NCBI RefSeq assembly: GCF_006345805.1
Contig: NC_043002.1
Coordinates: forward strand, 82,336,001 to 82,400,000
DNA from: Octopus sinensis
Lineage: Eukaryota
Direction of reading: 5' to 3'
Length of the DNA: 64,000 nt
The position numbers were made by a program, and so were the translations under genes. Positions 13,206 to 25,385 of the stretch are shown here, one piece after another. Each line of letters starts with the position of its first letter. Position 1 is the stretch's first letter. The notes beneath the pieces are model-generated. The model ran no database searches. It saw nothing but the letters and a program-made list of their open reading frames with translations, and was not told the DNA's origin.

Positions 13206-13578
13206 TCTATATATAAAGCTGAAGTTGTCTGTGTATGGCAGGTGTGGTAGCCTTCAACTAACACTATCTCCTCCGAGACCCTGCAATTGAGAGTATGATA
13301 GAAGAAGGCTTGCTCTTTATTCCGTAGAAGAAAAAATTAAAATCGGACTATGTTAAGACCAAAAATTATTTACATCAAAAAGGTGCTTTTTTTTCCAAGA
13401 AAATCCCTATTTGTTACGATTCTTTGACTGCTGTGTCGCCATTTTTCGGTGTATTTCAACCAGAAAAATGTTCACTTAAAGAGAATAACAAGCTACATAA
13501 TGCAAAATGTTTACTTTTCAAAAATTCCAATTCTAAAGGGTCGAAACAAACCCAAGCAACGCCTGGCGATACTGCTAG
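13206..13578 (+). mobile_element. Non-autonomous Helitron
   Basis: 5' TCTATATATAAA; 3' hairpin CCCAAGCAACGCCTGG followed by CTAG|T. Confidence 0.75.
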
Positions 13579-14530
13579 TTGAAAATATATTTGAAAATTA
13601 AGGCAATTAAAAGATGTATCTACCACCCCACCTACCATCTCCTTTCGAGCAATTAAGTACTGGGGTCGATTTAATATTCCGAAACATTGCCAATATTCCT
13701 ATAAAATAGTGGTTCTCAAACTAATTCCAAACAAATGCATTCATATATTCTTCCTTCGCCATAGCGTCGGACAAATTAAAAAAGGGCAATATATTCTATA
13801 TTCACTACTTTTCACCCCTCAGAAACACTCACAAACATCCGAAATATGCATGGAATTGTTCTAAATTTAGAAGAATCTGCTGTCAGCGATCACATGATGA
13901 AAATGATAAACATTTGATGCTGCATCGTTTTTCTTCTTTTTTTTTTTGTCTCTCTCCCTTTTTTTCCGCTTTTTCCCTTTTCTTTGTCTTTTGTAAAAAC
14001 TTATATTATGGAAGGATTACATAATATTGTTTAGGATTTGTATTTTAATTAAATGCATTATGTAATTCCAAGGTTAAATCTGAAAGAACAGAACTAGGAT
14101 TAAAGATACTCCAGCCGCGCCCATCCCGTCTTTGCTTCAGATCATATATATACGACTACTTTAGCTGTGTCCTTCCCTCTTCTTTTAAGACGGTAGGGTA
14201 TAATAGGAAATTTTGCTAAAATTTCGAGTAGGTCGAGACACGTGGCGGCGCCTTCTCTGGCGTGTAAAACGAATAAATTTACTTTCGTTAATTAAACTCT
14301 AATAACAACAACCTTCATCACAATAGAAAAATAGATACTTTACATTTTTCTTAAAGAATTAACAAACTAACAGCTTAAAAAAAGAGAGAATGGTTTACCA
14401 TTCAAAGCTGCTTTATTCACCATAAGGTTGAGAGTGGCGGGAATAGTGATTAGCAGTTACTTTCAAGCGGCAACTCAAGTAGTAGTACTAGTTGCTAATA
14501 GGAAGGCAGGGGGGACTACTACAGTGTTCA

Positions 14531-14561
14531 TATATAAACCGTTATCGTAGTCTGATGCAAT
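14531..14561 (+). promoter_or_regulatory. Candidate TATA box (14531-14538) and C/EBP-ATF (CARE/AARE) motif TGATGCAAT (14553-14561)
   Basis: Exact motifs 105-135 bp upstream of the SLC3 ATG; E2F-like GGCGGGAA at 14436-14443. Confidence 0.45.
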
Positions 14562-14665
14562 AACTGTTGTGTGTGTCCGTAGACTGTGAAGGTGCTTGGT
14601 TGAACTCTGACAGAAAAAGCACAAAATAATTTCTTTTCATTTTGTCGACACAGGAAAATATCAAC

Positions 14666-16573
14666 ATGACTATCGAAGCCTCTTTGGAAGGACAAACGGA
14701 AGACCAGCCTAAACAAGATACTATAGTTTGTATGACCGACACTGGTGCGACAACTGAGACTGATTTGGATGATTCCAAAACTAAATTTATTGCTAATGGC
14801 GCTAACGATGATGGCGCTGTTAATGTCATGATAAAATCCCCAGATGAATTTGGCGGCTTGTCGAAAGAAGAACTTATGAAATTTGCCAATGATCCGTTTT
14901 GGATTCGTGCTCGTCTTATTCTTTTTATTATATTCTGGATTGGATGGGTTTTGATGCTCGTTGTCGCCATTGTAATTATTGTTCTTGCTCCGCGCTGTCC
15001 ATATCGTCCCGACCTGAAATGGTATCAGAAAGATTTAATATATGAAATATCTCCTCGCTCCTTCAGTGATTCTAATCACGATGGTGTTGGTGATCTGAAA
15101 GGAATTCAAGAGAAAGCTGGCTATTTGGAATCCATCCATGTTAAAACATTGTGGCTGCACAATATCTTTCAGTCTAAATACAACGATTCTGGCTATGGAT
15201 TACTTAATCACACCGTTATTAACCCCATGTATGGAACTGAAGCAGAATTACTTTCAACAATCAAGAGTTTCAGGAAGACTGGCCGTCATTTAATCCTTGA
15301 TTTTATCATACTCAACACACACACAGATCATGCATGGTTTGTTCAAAGCCGTCAGAAGAAAGGAAAAATGAGCGATTATTACATTTGGGCTGATAAAAAC
15401 TTGGTGAACAATTTACCAACATCGGAGAAAAATGTCTGGCACTTGGATTCCAAACGGGATCAATATTACTTAGCAGTAACCGACAAAGACTTGCCCAATT
15501 TGAATATACAAAACGAAGAAGTAAGAAAAGAACTGAAATATTACCTACGCTTTTGGTTGGATCGCGGTGTTGGCGGCTTTCACATCAATGATTTAGAAAC
15601 TACTTTTAAAGAGATTTCCTCTAACGGATCTTCGGTATTCGAACGTCAGCAGGTAATAGAGTTGTTAAAAGAGCTGAGAGTGATCGCAGATGAATTTTCA
15701 GATAAACCGGGACGAGAGAGACTTTTGTTTGGTACAATGCCCGTCAATAGTAACGAAACGGCTGAATTCTACGGTGATGAGACTGAAAAGGCCCTTCATT
15801 TTATTGGTGTAACTAATCTTGCTACATCTGACAGCCCTGCTTCGATTCAAGATGCTATACGTTCTACGAGCCAATATCTCCAAAGCCATTGGAATGGTTG
15901 GATTTTGAGTAGCAACAAATTGTCTCGTCCCATGAGCCGTTTACATTCCTTCGATTACTTAAAATCACTCTTAACTCTTCAGATGCTCTTGCCTGGGACG
16001 GCTTTCTGCCACTACGGAGACGAAATTGGCATGCGGGATGCAGTTTTGCAGAATATAACTGATGGATTAAAAGACGACCAACCGAATAACAACTACATAG
16101 AATATTACAAATATCGTGCCCCTATGTCATGGTCCTCGACTAACGTAGAGTTCAGTGATGCTACGCCATGGTTAATATCAGTAAATAACAACAGTGTAGC
16201 AGGGCAAACAGCCTACAACAACAGAGACTTATATCCTCCTCTGAAGGCCTTCACTGATCTAAATCTTCTACGAAGCAATTTCTCGTTCCAGTGGGGGAAA
16301 TTTGTGCCGAGTTTCACAAATAAGAATATTATCAGCTTCCTTCGTATGGCGAAGGGTTTCCCAAGTTTCTTGGTGGTCGTTAATCTCGGCTCACACAAGC
16401 ATACAATTCATTTCAGTAGTTTTATTGAAGATGTCTCCTTGGATAAGGCCAAAGTTGTGTACCACAGCTTGCCTGAGCAGCCTAAATTCAAAGTCGGGGT
16501 GACTGTCAACCTTAATACAGCACCAGTTAGCTTACATAAGCATGAAGCTATTGTATTCAAGTTTGCGACATAA
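14666..16573 (+). CDS. SLC3A1/SLC3A2-like: SLC3 amino-acid-transporter heavy chain (4F2hc/CD98hc/rBAT-like), uninterrupted 635-aa CDS
   Basis: LSKEELMKFANDPFWIRARL + single TM + PRCP disulfide Cys, then GH13-like ectodomain (PRSFSDSNHDGVGDLKGI, YGDEIGM) lacking the catalytic residues. First ATG is 14666 (A at -3). AATAAA at 16846-16851. Confidence 0.93.
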   Translation: MTIEASLEGQTEDQPKQDTIVCMTDTGATTETDLDDSKTKFIANGANDDGAVNVMIKSPDEFGGLSKEELMKFANDPFWIRARLILFIIFWIGWVLMLVVAIVIIVLAPRCPYRPDLKWYQKDLIYEISPRSFSDSNHDGVGDLKGIQEKAGYLESIHVKTLWLHNIFQSKYNDSGYGLLNHTVINPMYGTEAELLSTIKSFRKTGRHLILDFIILNTHTDHAWFVQSRQKKGKMSDYYIWADKNLVNNLPTSEKNVWHLDSKRDQYYLAVTDKDLPNLNIQNEEVRKELKYYLRFWLDRGVGGFHINDLETTFKEISSNGSSVFERQQVIELLKELRVIADEFSDKPGRERLLFGTMPVNSNETAEFYGDETEKALHFIGVTNLATSDSPASIQDAIRSTSQYLQSHWNGWILSSNKLSRPMSRLHSFDYLKSLLTLQMLLPGTAFCHYGDEIGMRDAVLQNITDGLKDDQPNNNYIEYYKYRAPMSWSSTNVEFSDATPWLISVNNNSVAGQTAYNNRDLYPPLKAFTDLNLLRSNFSFQWGKFVPSFTNKNIISFLRMAKGFPSFLVVVNLGSHKHTIHFSSFIEDVSLDKAKVVYHSLPEQPKFKVGVTVNLNTAPVSLHKHEAIVFKFAT

Positions 16574-16919
16574 GTTCTCTTCTACACTCTAAAGTTACAA
16601 GCATTTATCTGTGGCAAACTTCATTAATTATATAGGTATGTTTCCAAAATTATTTTTAACGTGACATTAACATTATTTTAAAGAAGTGTCTCATAATCGG
16701 TTTTATAGTTACCTCCCCTGTTGTAACTGGCATTTCATGGCGTTTGAAGCTCGAACAAAAATCTTAGATCCACATTAAATGTACAAATAGACTTGCAGAT
16801 TGCTTTCGTGTAACGAATGAAAAAAAAGAAAAGACCCTCATAACAAATAAATAGCTTGATCAATGCAAAACATTTTTGTTATAATTTGTTGGTTTTGCTG
16901 AAATTTGCATAGTCGGTTG

Positions 16920-17287
16920 GGCGATCTTTCGTCTCTAGTAGACATTTCCGTAAAATTTTTTTTTTTTTTACATATGGGCTTGCGGGAACTTTTGAAGTAA
17001 TGAGAGCGAAAGAGACTAAGAGAAAGCGATTGTATGACGAGGGAAGTTCTTTTGAAGTTACCGTGCATGGGAGCATTGATGTATATGTGTGTGTGTGTTT
17101 GATGGGGTGTGGGAGACAGACAGTATGTTGTGTAAGTGAAGTGCTTCTGTTAGTGTGTGTGAAAGAAAGAGATAACTGAAATTTTTTACTCGGTGTATGT
17201 GTATATGTATGTATATTACTTCAAAAGTTCCCGTAAGCCCATATGTAAAAAAAAAAAAAAATTTACGGAATGAGACGAAAGATCGCC
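16920..17287. mobile_element. Foldback/MITE-like element
   Basis: About 75-bp inverted termini GGCGATCTTTCGTCTC...CATATGGGCTT.CGGGAACTTTTGAAGTAAT; no TSD found. Confidence 0.55.
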
Positions 17288-17322
17288 GTATTTTCTTCTA
17301 AACAGCTTTCTAATTGTATTTT

Positions 17323-17490
17323 GGTACTATTTAAGAAGAGTGGTCCCGGTGCGCATCCGCGCTAGCTATTCGTGACTAGTCGATCCTACAACGACTACCT
17401 AGCAAAGTAAATAAAACACAAACTAAATAATTTTTAAAGCAAAGTAAATAGAACAAAGTAAGGAAACATCGACTAGTCTTAAATAGTACC
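17323..17490. mobile_element. 168-bp MITE
   Basis: Perfect 14-bp TIR GGTACTATTTAAGA; 9-bp TSD TTGTATTTT; related internal sequence inverted at about 49840-49920. Confidence 0.85.
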
Positions 17491-19092
17491 TTGTATTTTT
17501 ATGTGTGTGTTTCTTATCTTCCTAATATAGATACATGGAATTTTCAGAAATTAAAAAAAAAAACTTACGTGCTTGATAGAAAATGAAATTTTTCCATAAT
17601 AATTTTGAGTTTAAGTCTTATGGCAGATTATATGATGTACTTCGATCAGAACTCCAATCCCTCACACTTTATATATTCCTCTGTAATTATACAAACTTTG
17701 TTAGTGGTCGTACAAACTCGGATTTCCGGAATTAACGAAACGTACCAACTGCCGAAATTTATCTGTCTCGTCAACTATTAAAGGTCAAAAATAGTCCTGT
17801 ACTGTAATCCTATAGAGACAGAAATGACCTTGCTCATTAAAAAGAAAAAGTTCCAAATTTTCATTTCATTCCCCCACCCCATTTTGGCAGAATCCTGGAT
17901 GAAGCACCTACAAATTAATATGAACAAAAAGTATTTTAAAGCATTGACATATTCGTTTCGGTATTTCAAGAGAGCCAAGTAATTTTTTTTTTTTTTTACA
18001 TACTTCGTTACTATTAGTTACATTTTTAAGAATCTCGCTCAAATTCCGCCGAAGTCGATTTTTGCATTTCGTCCTTTTGGAGTTGGTAAAATAAGTATCA
18101 GTTAAACACTGGGGTCGATGTAATCGACTTTCTCTCGTGAAATTTGCTGGCCTTGTACCAAAATTTGAAGTCAATATTATTTGTACTTTTTCTGAATACT
18201 TACAGGAAGTACTAAACTGAAAACAGGACAATATAAAGATCCTCACCTGGGAACAAAAAAAAAAATTAACCAGCCTGGTGGGGTGTTAATAAGTGTGGGG
18301 AAAACGAATATGAAAAAAAAAAAATGCGCGCTGACGACACTGAAGTGGGGGACTTCCGGAAAATTCACAAGATCCGATTTTTCTGTCAAATTCGGGTAAA
18401 ATGGATATAAATATATATATGTATAATATTTTTTTTTACGGAATCCCACGTTTTTAGTTATGGAGGACCCGATTCCGAAATTTTTTTTTCCAAAAATCGC
18501 ATTTTCAAAATTTCATTGTTTTCGCAGTTTTGTGAGATTTGGCTGTTATTTCGAGCCTCGGCGTCCACTTCAATACGTCTACACTCTCAAGAAAATGATA
18601 TTTTTTGGCATAACTACAGATTACTGCCCCTCCCTCCGACTTTGGGTGATCATAACTTTTTAAAAAATGGATATTTTTTAATGAAATTTTCTACGAATAT
18701 GTGTTATATCATGTAGATTCCGAATATACAAAACTTGGGGGGGGGGGGTAGGAGGGGATAGGGAATTTCGGAAAATTCACTGGCGTACACTTCAATTCGT
18801 CTCAACTTTCAAGAAAATGAATATTTTTTTTTATCTCGGACTATGTAGATTCCAAGAACAGGAATTTTGGGGGTTATTTTTGAGGACCATTCTCCACTCG
18901 GGGGTGTTTGGAAGTAAGTAGTCGTCTGTATGTTTCATTTTTTCCGTTTTGTGCGTTTATGCATCCGTAGATTTCTACTGAAGTAACAAACACGTAAATG
19001 AAGCCCTCACCAGAAAATTCGTTATGCTAAAAATAACAGCTACTGGTCTGGTACACAGAAATATGTTATTAAGACGACTTATCTGTTGCATA

Positions 19093-19827
19093 GGATCTTT
19101 TCCTTTTGAACAGCACATGTCAACACAATTTCTAGTTAACTAAACACTTATAAACTTCGTATACTGGTAGAATGTGTTTATAAAACATCATTTTTTCTTG
19201 GCTTCTATAGTTTGTAAGATATTTCGGCAATTTTAACCAATCACTGGCGTCCATTTAGCTAAATAACATTCCGTGCTGTATGAATATGTCCCTCAATTAA
19301 GAAACAGATTGGGTTTATTTACATTTGCGAAGAAAAAAAAGATACCCTTCCCCACCGCTAACCCTAAAACAGATTGAAATGCAATAGATCGATACTAGGG
19401 TTATAATTATGGGTGACAATTTCATACGACACCGCTACGGAAAATGGGATTTTTTTCTAGCGGTGTCAAATGAAAATGTCATCCATAATTATAACTCTAG
19501 TATCGATCTATTGCATTTCAATCTGTTTTAAGGTTAGCGGTGGGGGAAGGGTATCTTTTTTTCTTTGCAAATGTAAATAAACCCAGTCTGTTTCTTAAAC
19601 GAGGGACATATTCATACAGCACGGAATGTTATTTAGCTAAATGGACGCCAGTGATTGGTTAAAATTGCCGAAATTAAAGTGGAAATATGTTACAACATAT
19701 AGAATTTTCTCAATAAAGCCAAGAAAAAATGATGTTTTATAAACACATTCTACCAGTATACGAAGTTTAAAAGTGTTTAGTTAACTAGAAATTGTGTTGA
19801 CATGTACCGTTCAAAAGGAAAAGATCC
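19093..19827. mobile_element. 735-bp palindromic Merlin-type MITE
   Basis: TIR GGATCTTTTCCTTTTGAAC; nearly the whole element is a hairpin; 8-bp TSD GTTGCATA; empty site at 12227-12234; partial copies at 41537-41790 and 51417-51680. Confidence 0.9.
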
Positions 19828-20605
19828 GTTGCATACGATCTTTTTTTTCACTTTAAGTAAATTCCCAGGTAAACGTTACTAATAGAAAGGCAGAAGCAAA
19901 AATAAATAATATACGCGCACAGTTAAATATAGAAGTATAAAGTATAATTTGTTACATAATCTCTATAGTAAATATGATATTGAATGGAATAATTCCCCGT
20001 TTGAACTTTTTTAATTACATTGTGTGAGGGATGAACTGAACCCGGAACTATGTGGTTGGTAAGCAAGCTACTTACTACACAGCCACTCCTGCGCCTGGAT
20101 GATCATAACTTTCAGAAAAATGGAGATTTTTTAATGAAATTGTCAACAAATGTGTTATATCCTGTAGGTTTTGAATATACAAAACTTGTGGGGGTGCGGA
20201 TCGTCTTAACTTTCGAGAAAATGGATATTTTTTTAATGAAATTCTCTACAAATATACCTCAGATTATGTTGATTCCGAGAACACAAGAATTTGGGGGGGG
20301 AAAACAATTGGAGTTTATTTTTGAGAACTGTTCCCCACTCAAGGGTGTTTCGGAAAAAGTCGTCCATGTTTCATTTTCTCCGTTTTGTGCATCTAATTGA
20401 CTGGCCCCCTCCCCCTAAATTTCAGGCTTTGTGCCTAGAGTAGAAAAGAATATCAAGACAAGGGGAATTTCAGTTTCTGTCTATCAAATCCACTCACAAT
20501 GCTTCGGTAGGCCTGGGGCTATAGTAGAAGATATTTGCACATGGTGCTCTGCAATGGGATGAATCGTGGTTGGGAAGCAAACTTCTTTCCATGCTTGTGC
20601 TTGTC

Positions 20606-20850
20606 CATGAGAGAGTCATACCCAATGACTGGTGTAGTAGCATTATAGTCAACTGCTACAAAGGCAAAAGTGATGCCTTAAACAAATGATTATAGAGGCT
20701 TCAAAGGCTGGATCAGGTGAAAGTTACAGAAAGGGTTGTAGCTCAATTAATTAGGAGCAGAGCATAGATGAGATGCTGTTTGGATTTGTCTAGAAGCACC
20801 ACCAATGTTATCTTCCTGGTGAGGCAACTGCAGGAGTACTTCTGAATGCA
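20606..20850 (+). pseudogene. RTE RT N-terminal fragment
   Basis: IPNDWCSSIIVNCYKGKSDAL, KVTERVVAQLIR, TTNVIFLVRQLQE, with stops and frameshifts. Confidence 0.7.
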
Positions 20851-21030
20851 TCCAAACACTGGAATTCATCCAACAATTGATGAACAGGGCCTTGCACTCA
20901 ATTCAGATGGCTATGTGAAGCTGCTAGAAGGCTGTATGTAGCATCAAGATTCAGCTCCTTGCCATACCTCTGGAAAGAGTCAGGAGTGGTTGTTAGAGAA
21001 TTTCTATGACTTCACCTGCTCCATTTAGAT
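20850..21030 (+). pseudogene. Tc1/mariner (maT/DD37D-like) transposase fragment
   Basis: LNSDGYVKLLE ... QDSAPCHTSGKSQEWLLENFYDFT. Confidence 0.6.
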
Positions 21031-21786
21031 ACATGGATACCAGGTGCCACACAATGGGACTGTACCTAGAATCTTGTGACTCTTACCACGCAACCATACC
21101 TGTGTCTATGTATATATTATATATATATAGTAGAAATAGATAGAGAGAGAGCTTCCATGCAGTTACTCTCTGTTAATTCTATTCATAAAGCATTGGTCAG
21201 TTTAGAGATTATAGTAGAAGATATTTAACCAAGTTGCTGAGCAGTGGGATTGAACCTGCTGCAAAGTGAACTTCTTTCTAAGCCACACAGTCATGCTTAC
21301 AGCACATACAGTGAAAATAGATGATCATTTCTTTTACATGCACATGTCCTGAAATTTTGTGGGATGGGGTTGGTCCATTATATTGACCTTAGTGCTCAGC
21401 TGGTACTCGTTTCACCAACTCCAAAAGGATGAAAGGCAAAGTTGACCATGGCAGAATTTGAACTCTGAACGTAGTCAGTAAAATGCTACTAAGCATCTTG
21501 CCCAGTGTGCTAACGCTTCTGCCAACTTGCTACTGTAGTCATCATCATCATCGTTTAACATCCGTTTTCCATACTAGCATGGGTTGGACGGTTCAACTGG
21601 GGTCTGGGAAGCCAGAAGGCTGCGCCAGGCCCAGTCTGATCTGGCGGTGTTTCTACAGCTGGATGCTCTTCCTAACGCCAACCACTCCGTGAGTGTAGTG
21701 GGTGCTTGAAAATGAATAATGAAATTATATTAAAGTGCGGAAAAAATACAAACTAAAATTCTGAATAAAATGTATTTATGTAATAC

Positions 21787-22235
21787 ATCATCATCATCAT
21801 TTAACGTCTGTTTTCTATGCTGGCATGGGTTGGACATGAGCAGGCCAGCTGAAGAAACCATGTCTGTTTCGGCATGGTTTCTATGGTTGGATGTCTTTCC
21901 TAATGCCAATAACTTTAGAGAGAGTACTGTGAGCTGTTTATGCAGTACTGGTATGGGTGCTCTTTAGATGGCACCAGCACCCATGATCCCACAAAGATTA
22001 GGAACGCTCAGCTGAGGAGGGACACAGGAGACATGCCTGTATGCAAAGACAACCCTGATTTTATTTAGCTTGACATGTCTTTTCAAGCACAGTAAACTGC
22101 CAAGAGTATCGGTCTCCTGCTATCCCCTATGTGAGATTCAATATCTGAAGATCCTTTCTCACCACTTCTCATCTCTTCCTTGGTCGTTCCCTCCAGAATT
22201 AGAGATCAGCACCTTTTGATGCAACTGTCATCATT
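21787..22235 (-). mobile_element. RTE LINE 3' end: coding remnant + 3'UTR + (ATG)n tail
   Basis: DSCIKRC...VVRKDLQILNLT, followed directly by family-B sequence. Confidence 0.7.
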
Positions 22236-22323
22236 CATACAATATATTATATAACTTATATACATACATACACACACAAATATATATATATATCAAAATA
22301 AGCAACAAGGATATCCAGAGGTA

Positions 22324-22412
22324 ATGCAGTACGATTGTTTCATGCAACTCCATTTAATTGAACAATGCAATCATTACATCAATTTAAAATGCAGAGCAAT
22401 CTTCAGCTGCAC
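22324..22412 (-). ncRNA. Decayed type-I hammerhead motif
   Basis: GTGCAG-CTGAAGA-TTGC...GCAT-GAAAACAATC-GTA-CTGCAT; one extra A in GAAA; stem III ACAATCGT is one transition from palindrome ACGATCGT. Confidence 0.6.
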
Positions 22413-23057
22413 AAAGACATAGAATTTAACTAAATTAGAACAGATAGACACATTATTATAATTATACCTAAAATATCCAAGAAGTTAAGGAGATAGACAA
22501 AGAACATGCTGGCTTCACTCCAGCATAGAAGTTACTAAGTTATCAAGAAGATCTACATTGTTACAGACATGTCTGTCACTGATTTTTTTTGTTTTTATGG
22601 GGTCAGTTTTAATTTATAGACTAGTTTATCAAATCCTTGTATAACTAAGGCTGAGAGAACAAAGGGTAGTATCTGTTAGGAGTAGGGTTGAAATGATTTC
22701 TGTCTGCTCCCTCAGCCCTACTCTCAACAGATACTACCCTTTGTTCTCTCAGCCTTAGTTATACAAGGATTTGATAAACTAGTCTATAAATTAAAACTGA
22801 CCCCATAAAAACAAAAAAATCAGTGACAGGCAGAGTCTGTAACAATGTATATCTTCTTGATAACTTAGTAATTTCTATGCTGGAGTGAAGCCAACATGTT
22901 CTTTGTCTTTCTCCTTAACTTCTTGGACATTTTAGGTATAATCATACTAATGTGTCCATCTGTTCTAATTTAATCAAATTCTATGTCTTTGTGCAGGTGA
23001 AGATTGCTCTGCATTTTAAATTGATGTAATGATTGCATTGTTCAATTAAATGGAGTT
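22347..23057. repeat. Long inverted repeat (PLE inverted pseudo-LTR type)
   Basis: Arms 22347-22691 and 22712-23057 (about 345 bp), 20-nt spacer. Confidence 0.9.
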
Positions 23058-23289
23058 TAATCTGTTCTGCCAAGGTTTCTACAGCTGGATGCCCTTCCTA
23101 ATACCTACCACTTCTAGAGTGTAGTGGGTGTTTTTTAAGTGCTACCAGCATGAGGGCCAGTCAGGCAGCACTAGCATTGATCAAGCTCGAATGCTGCTTT
23201 TTATATGCCACTGGCACAGGTGCCAATCAGATGGCCCTGGCATTGGCCAAAACAACAATTTCACTTGACTCAACAGGTCTTCGCAAGCA

Positions 23290-23640
23290 CAGCATATTGC
23301 CTGACAATTGAAGGGTGCTTTCTTTCCCCCTAGCATGTGATGAAATCTGTTTTCTGTACATCTTTGGTGTTTATTGTCTCTGCACATCTTCCACACACAA
23401 AAACTATCTACCTGAAGGGATTTGTGATTTGTCTGCCTTCCTACTCACTAAAACTTTGGTTTTTGCTAGATTGACTCTAAGTCCCTTCGATTCTAGACCT
23501 TGCTTCCACACCTGAAGCTTCTCCAGTTCTGGTAGTGACTCAGCTATTAGAGCAAGGTCATCAGCATAGAGAAGCTCCCAGGGGCAGTCTGTCTTGAATT
23601 CCTCTGTTATTCCTTGAGCTGCCAGAAGCAGCATGTATAC
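23290..23640 (-). pseudogene. RTE RT fragment
   Basis: CPWELLYADDLALIAES...GLRVNLAKTKVLVS. Confidence 0.85.
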
Positions 23641-24729
23641 AAGTGTATGTATGTATGAATGAATGAATGTCAAAGGATTATTAGTTGTTAGAACTCTTCC
23701 ATTTTACTATTTCACTTAGGCATTGTGAGGCTAATAACCTGGTGTAGAACTCAATATACTTATGCTTCAAGACTAAGCATAAGTTGAGTTTAGAATGGTA
23801 ACAAGAAAATGAAATGACAAAGGAATTAATAATTATCTCATGACCTTCATTAGCTTGGCGCTGTTTCTGCTATAAGATGCAGTGGACTCAAATTTGAAAC
23901 TCAGATGAAGCTATAAGGTGTTACTCAGGCACTCAACTATGAGCTGAATGTATCTTACAGCAGAGACAGCTGTAAGCTAATGGAGTTCATAAAATAACCA
24001 TTTATTCCTTTGTCATCTCATTTTCTTATATGTATGTATACATGATTATAAATGTGTTAAACATGAAATTCAAAATAGGATAGTGTTTCATGTTTTATCA
24101 TTGTTTACTGTCTTTGAATGAAGATAAACAAGTAAGTACTTGTGTTCTTAAGTTTAATTTATTTATATTTTATAGGTTAAAATACATAAACACTTTTTAA
24201 AATTTACATTTTAAAAATTTATGTAGAAGATGTGACAACACATTTATTATTATTTTTTTTTTTTTTTTAGTCTGAAGTTTAAGGCAGTGAGCTGGCAAAG
24301 TCATTAGCATGCCAGTGAAAATGTTTAGCGACATTTCTTCTGAGTTCAGATTCCACCGGGGTCCACTTTGCTTTTCATCCTTTTGAGGTTGATAAAATAA
24401 GTACCAGTTGAACACTGGGATTGATGTAATCAACTTACCTGTCACCCAAACTTCCTGGCCTTGTGCCAAAATTTGAAATCATTTTATTTAAAGTGAGCAG
24501 TGTTCAAAACAACAACAACAGTTATTTCTACTAATGGAAATTTTGCAGGAGAGAATAAGTGATTACATTGATCCCAGTACTCAACTGGTTATTTAATCAT
24601 CATCATCATTGTTTAACGTCTGCTTTCAATGCTGGCATGGGTTGGACAGTTTGACTGAGGACTGACAAGCCAGGAAGCTGCACCAGGCTCCAATCTGATC
24701 TGCCAAGGTTTCTTATTTCTTTATTCAAA

Positions 24730-24905
24730 GAGATTAATTTGATTACTTCGACCCCAGTGTGTAACGGGTACTTAATTTATTGACCCTGAAAGGATGAAAG
24801 GCAAAGTTGACCTCGGCGGAATTTGAACTCAGAACGTAAAGACAGACAAAATACTGTTAAGCATTTTCCCTGGTGTGCTAACATTTCTGTCAGCTCGCCG
24901 CCTTT
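24730..24905 (-). mobile_element. tRNA-derived SINE, family C
   Basis: Head contains GAGTTCAAATTCCGCCGAGGTC. Copies at about 8880-9020, 21330-21530, 24320-24480, 25230-25370, 42035-42195. Confidence 0.7.
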
Positions 24906-25385
24906 CTAGCAAGGTTTCTACAGCTGGATGCCCTTCTAAATGCCAACCACTCTGAGAGTGTAGTGGGTGCTTTTTATGTGCCACCAACACAGGGCCAGTC
25001 AGGCAACACTGGCATTGACGATGCTTGAATGGTGCTTTTTATGTGCCACCAGCATGGGAGCCAGTCAGACGGCCCTGGCATCAACCATACTCAAATAGTG
25101 CTTTTAACGGGGCACCAGCACGGGTGCCAGTCAGGCAGCACTGGCATTGACCATACTCAAATGGTGCTTTTTATGTGCCATCAAATTTTGGCACTGGGCC
25201 AGCAAGCCCGGGTGGCAAGGTTAAGTTGACTACATTGACCCCCCCCCCCCCCCGGTGTTCAACTGGTACTTATTTTATTGACCCTGAAAGGATCAAAAGC
25301 AAAGTCAACCTGAGCAGAATTTGAACTCAGAACATAAAGACACGAAATGTCGCTAAGCATTTTTCCACAGTTCACCAAATATTGT

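Noticed and set aside
14642-14665. TTG start given by the ORF track for SLC3
   Set aside because: Eukaryotic gene; an in-frame ATG with good context lies at 14666, and the TTG sits in a pyrimidine tract/acceptor.
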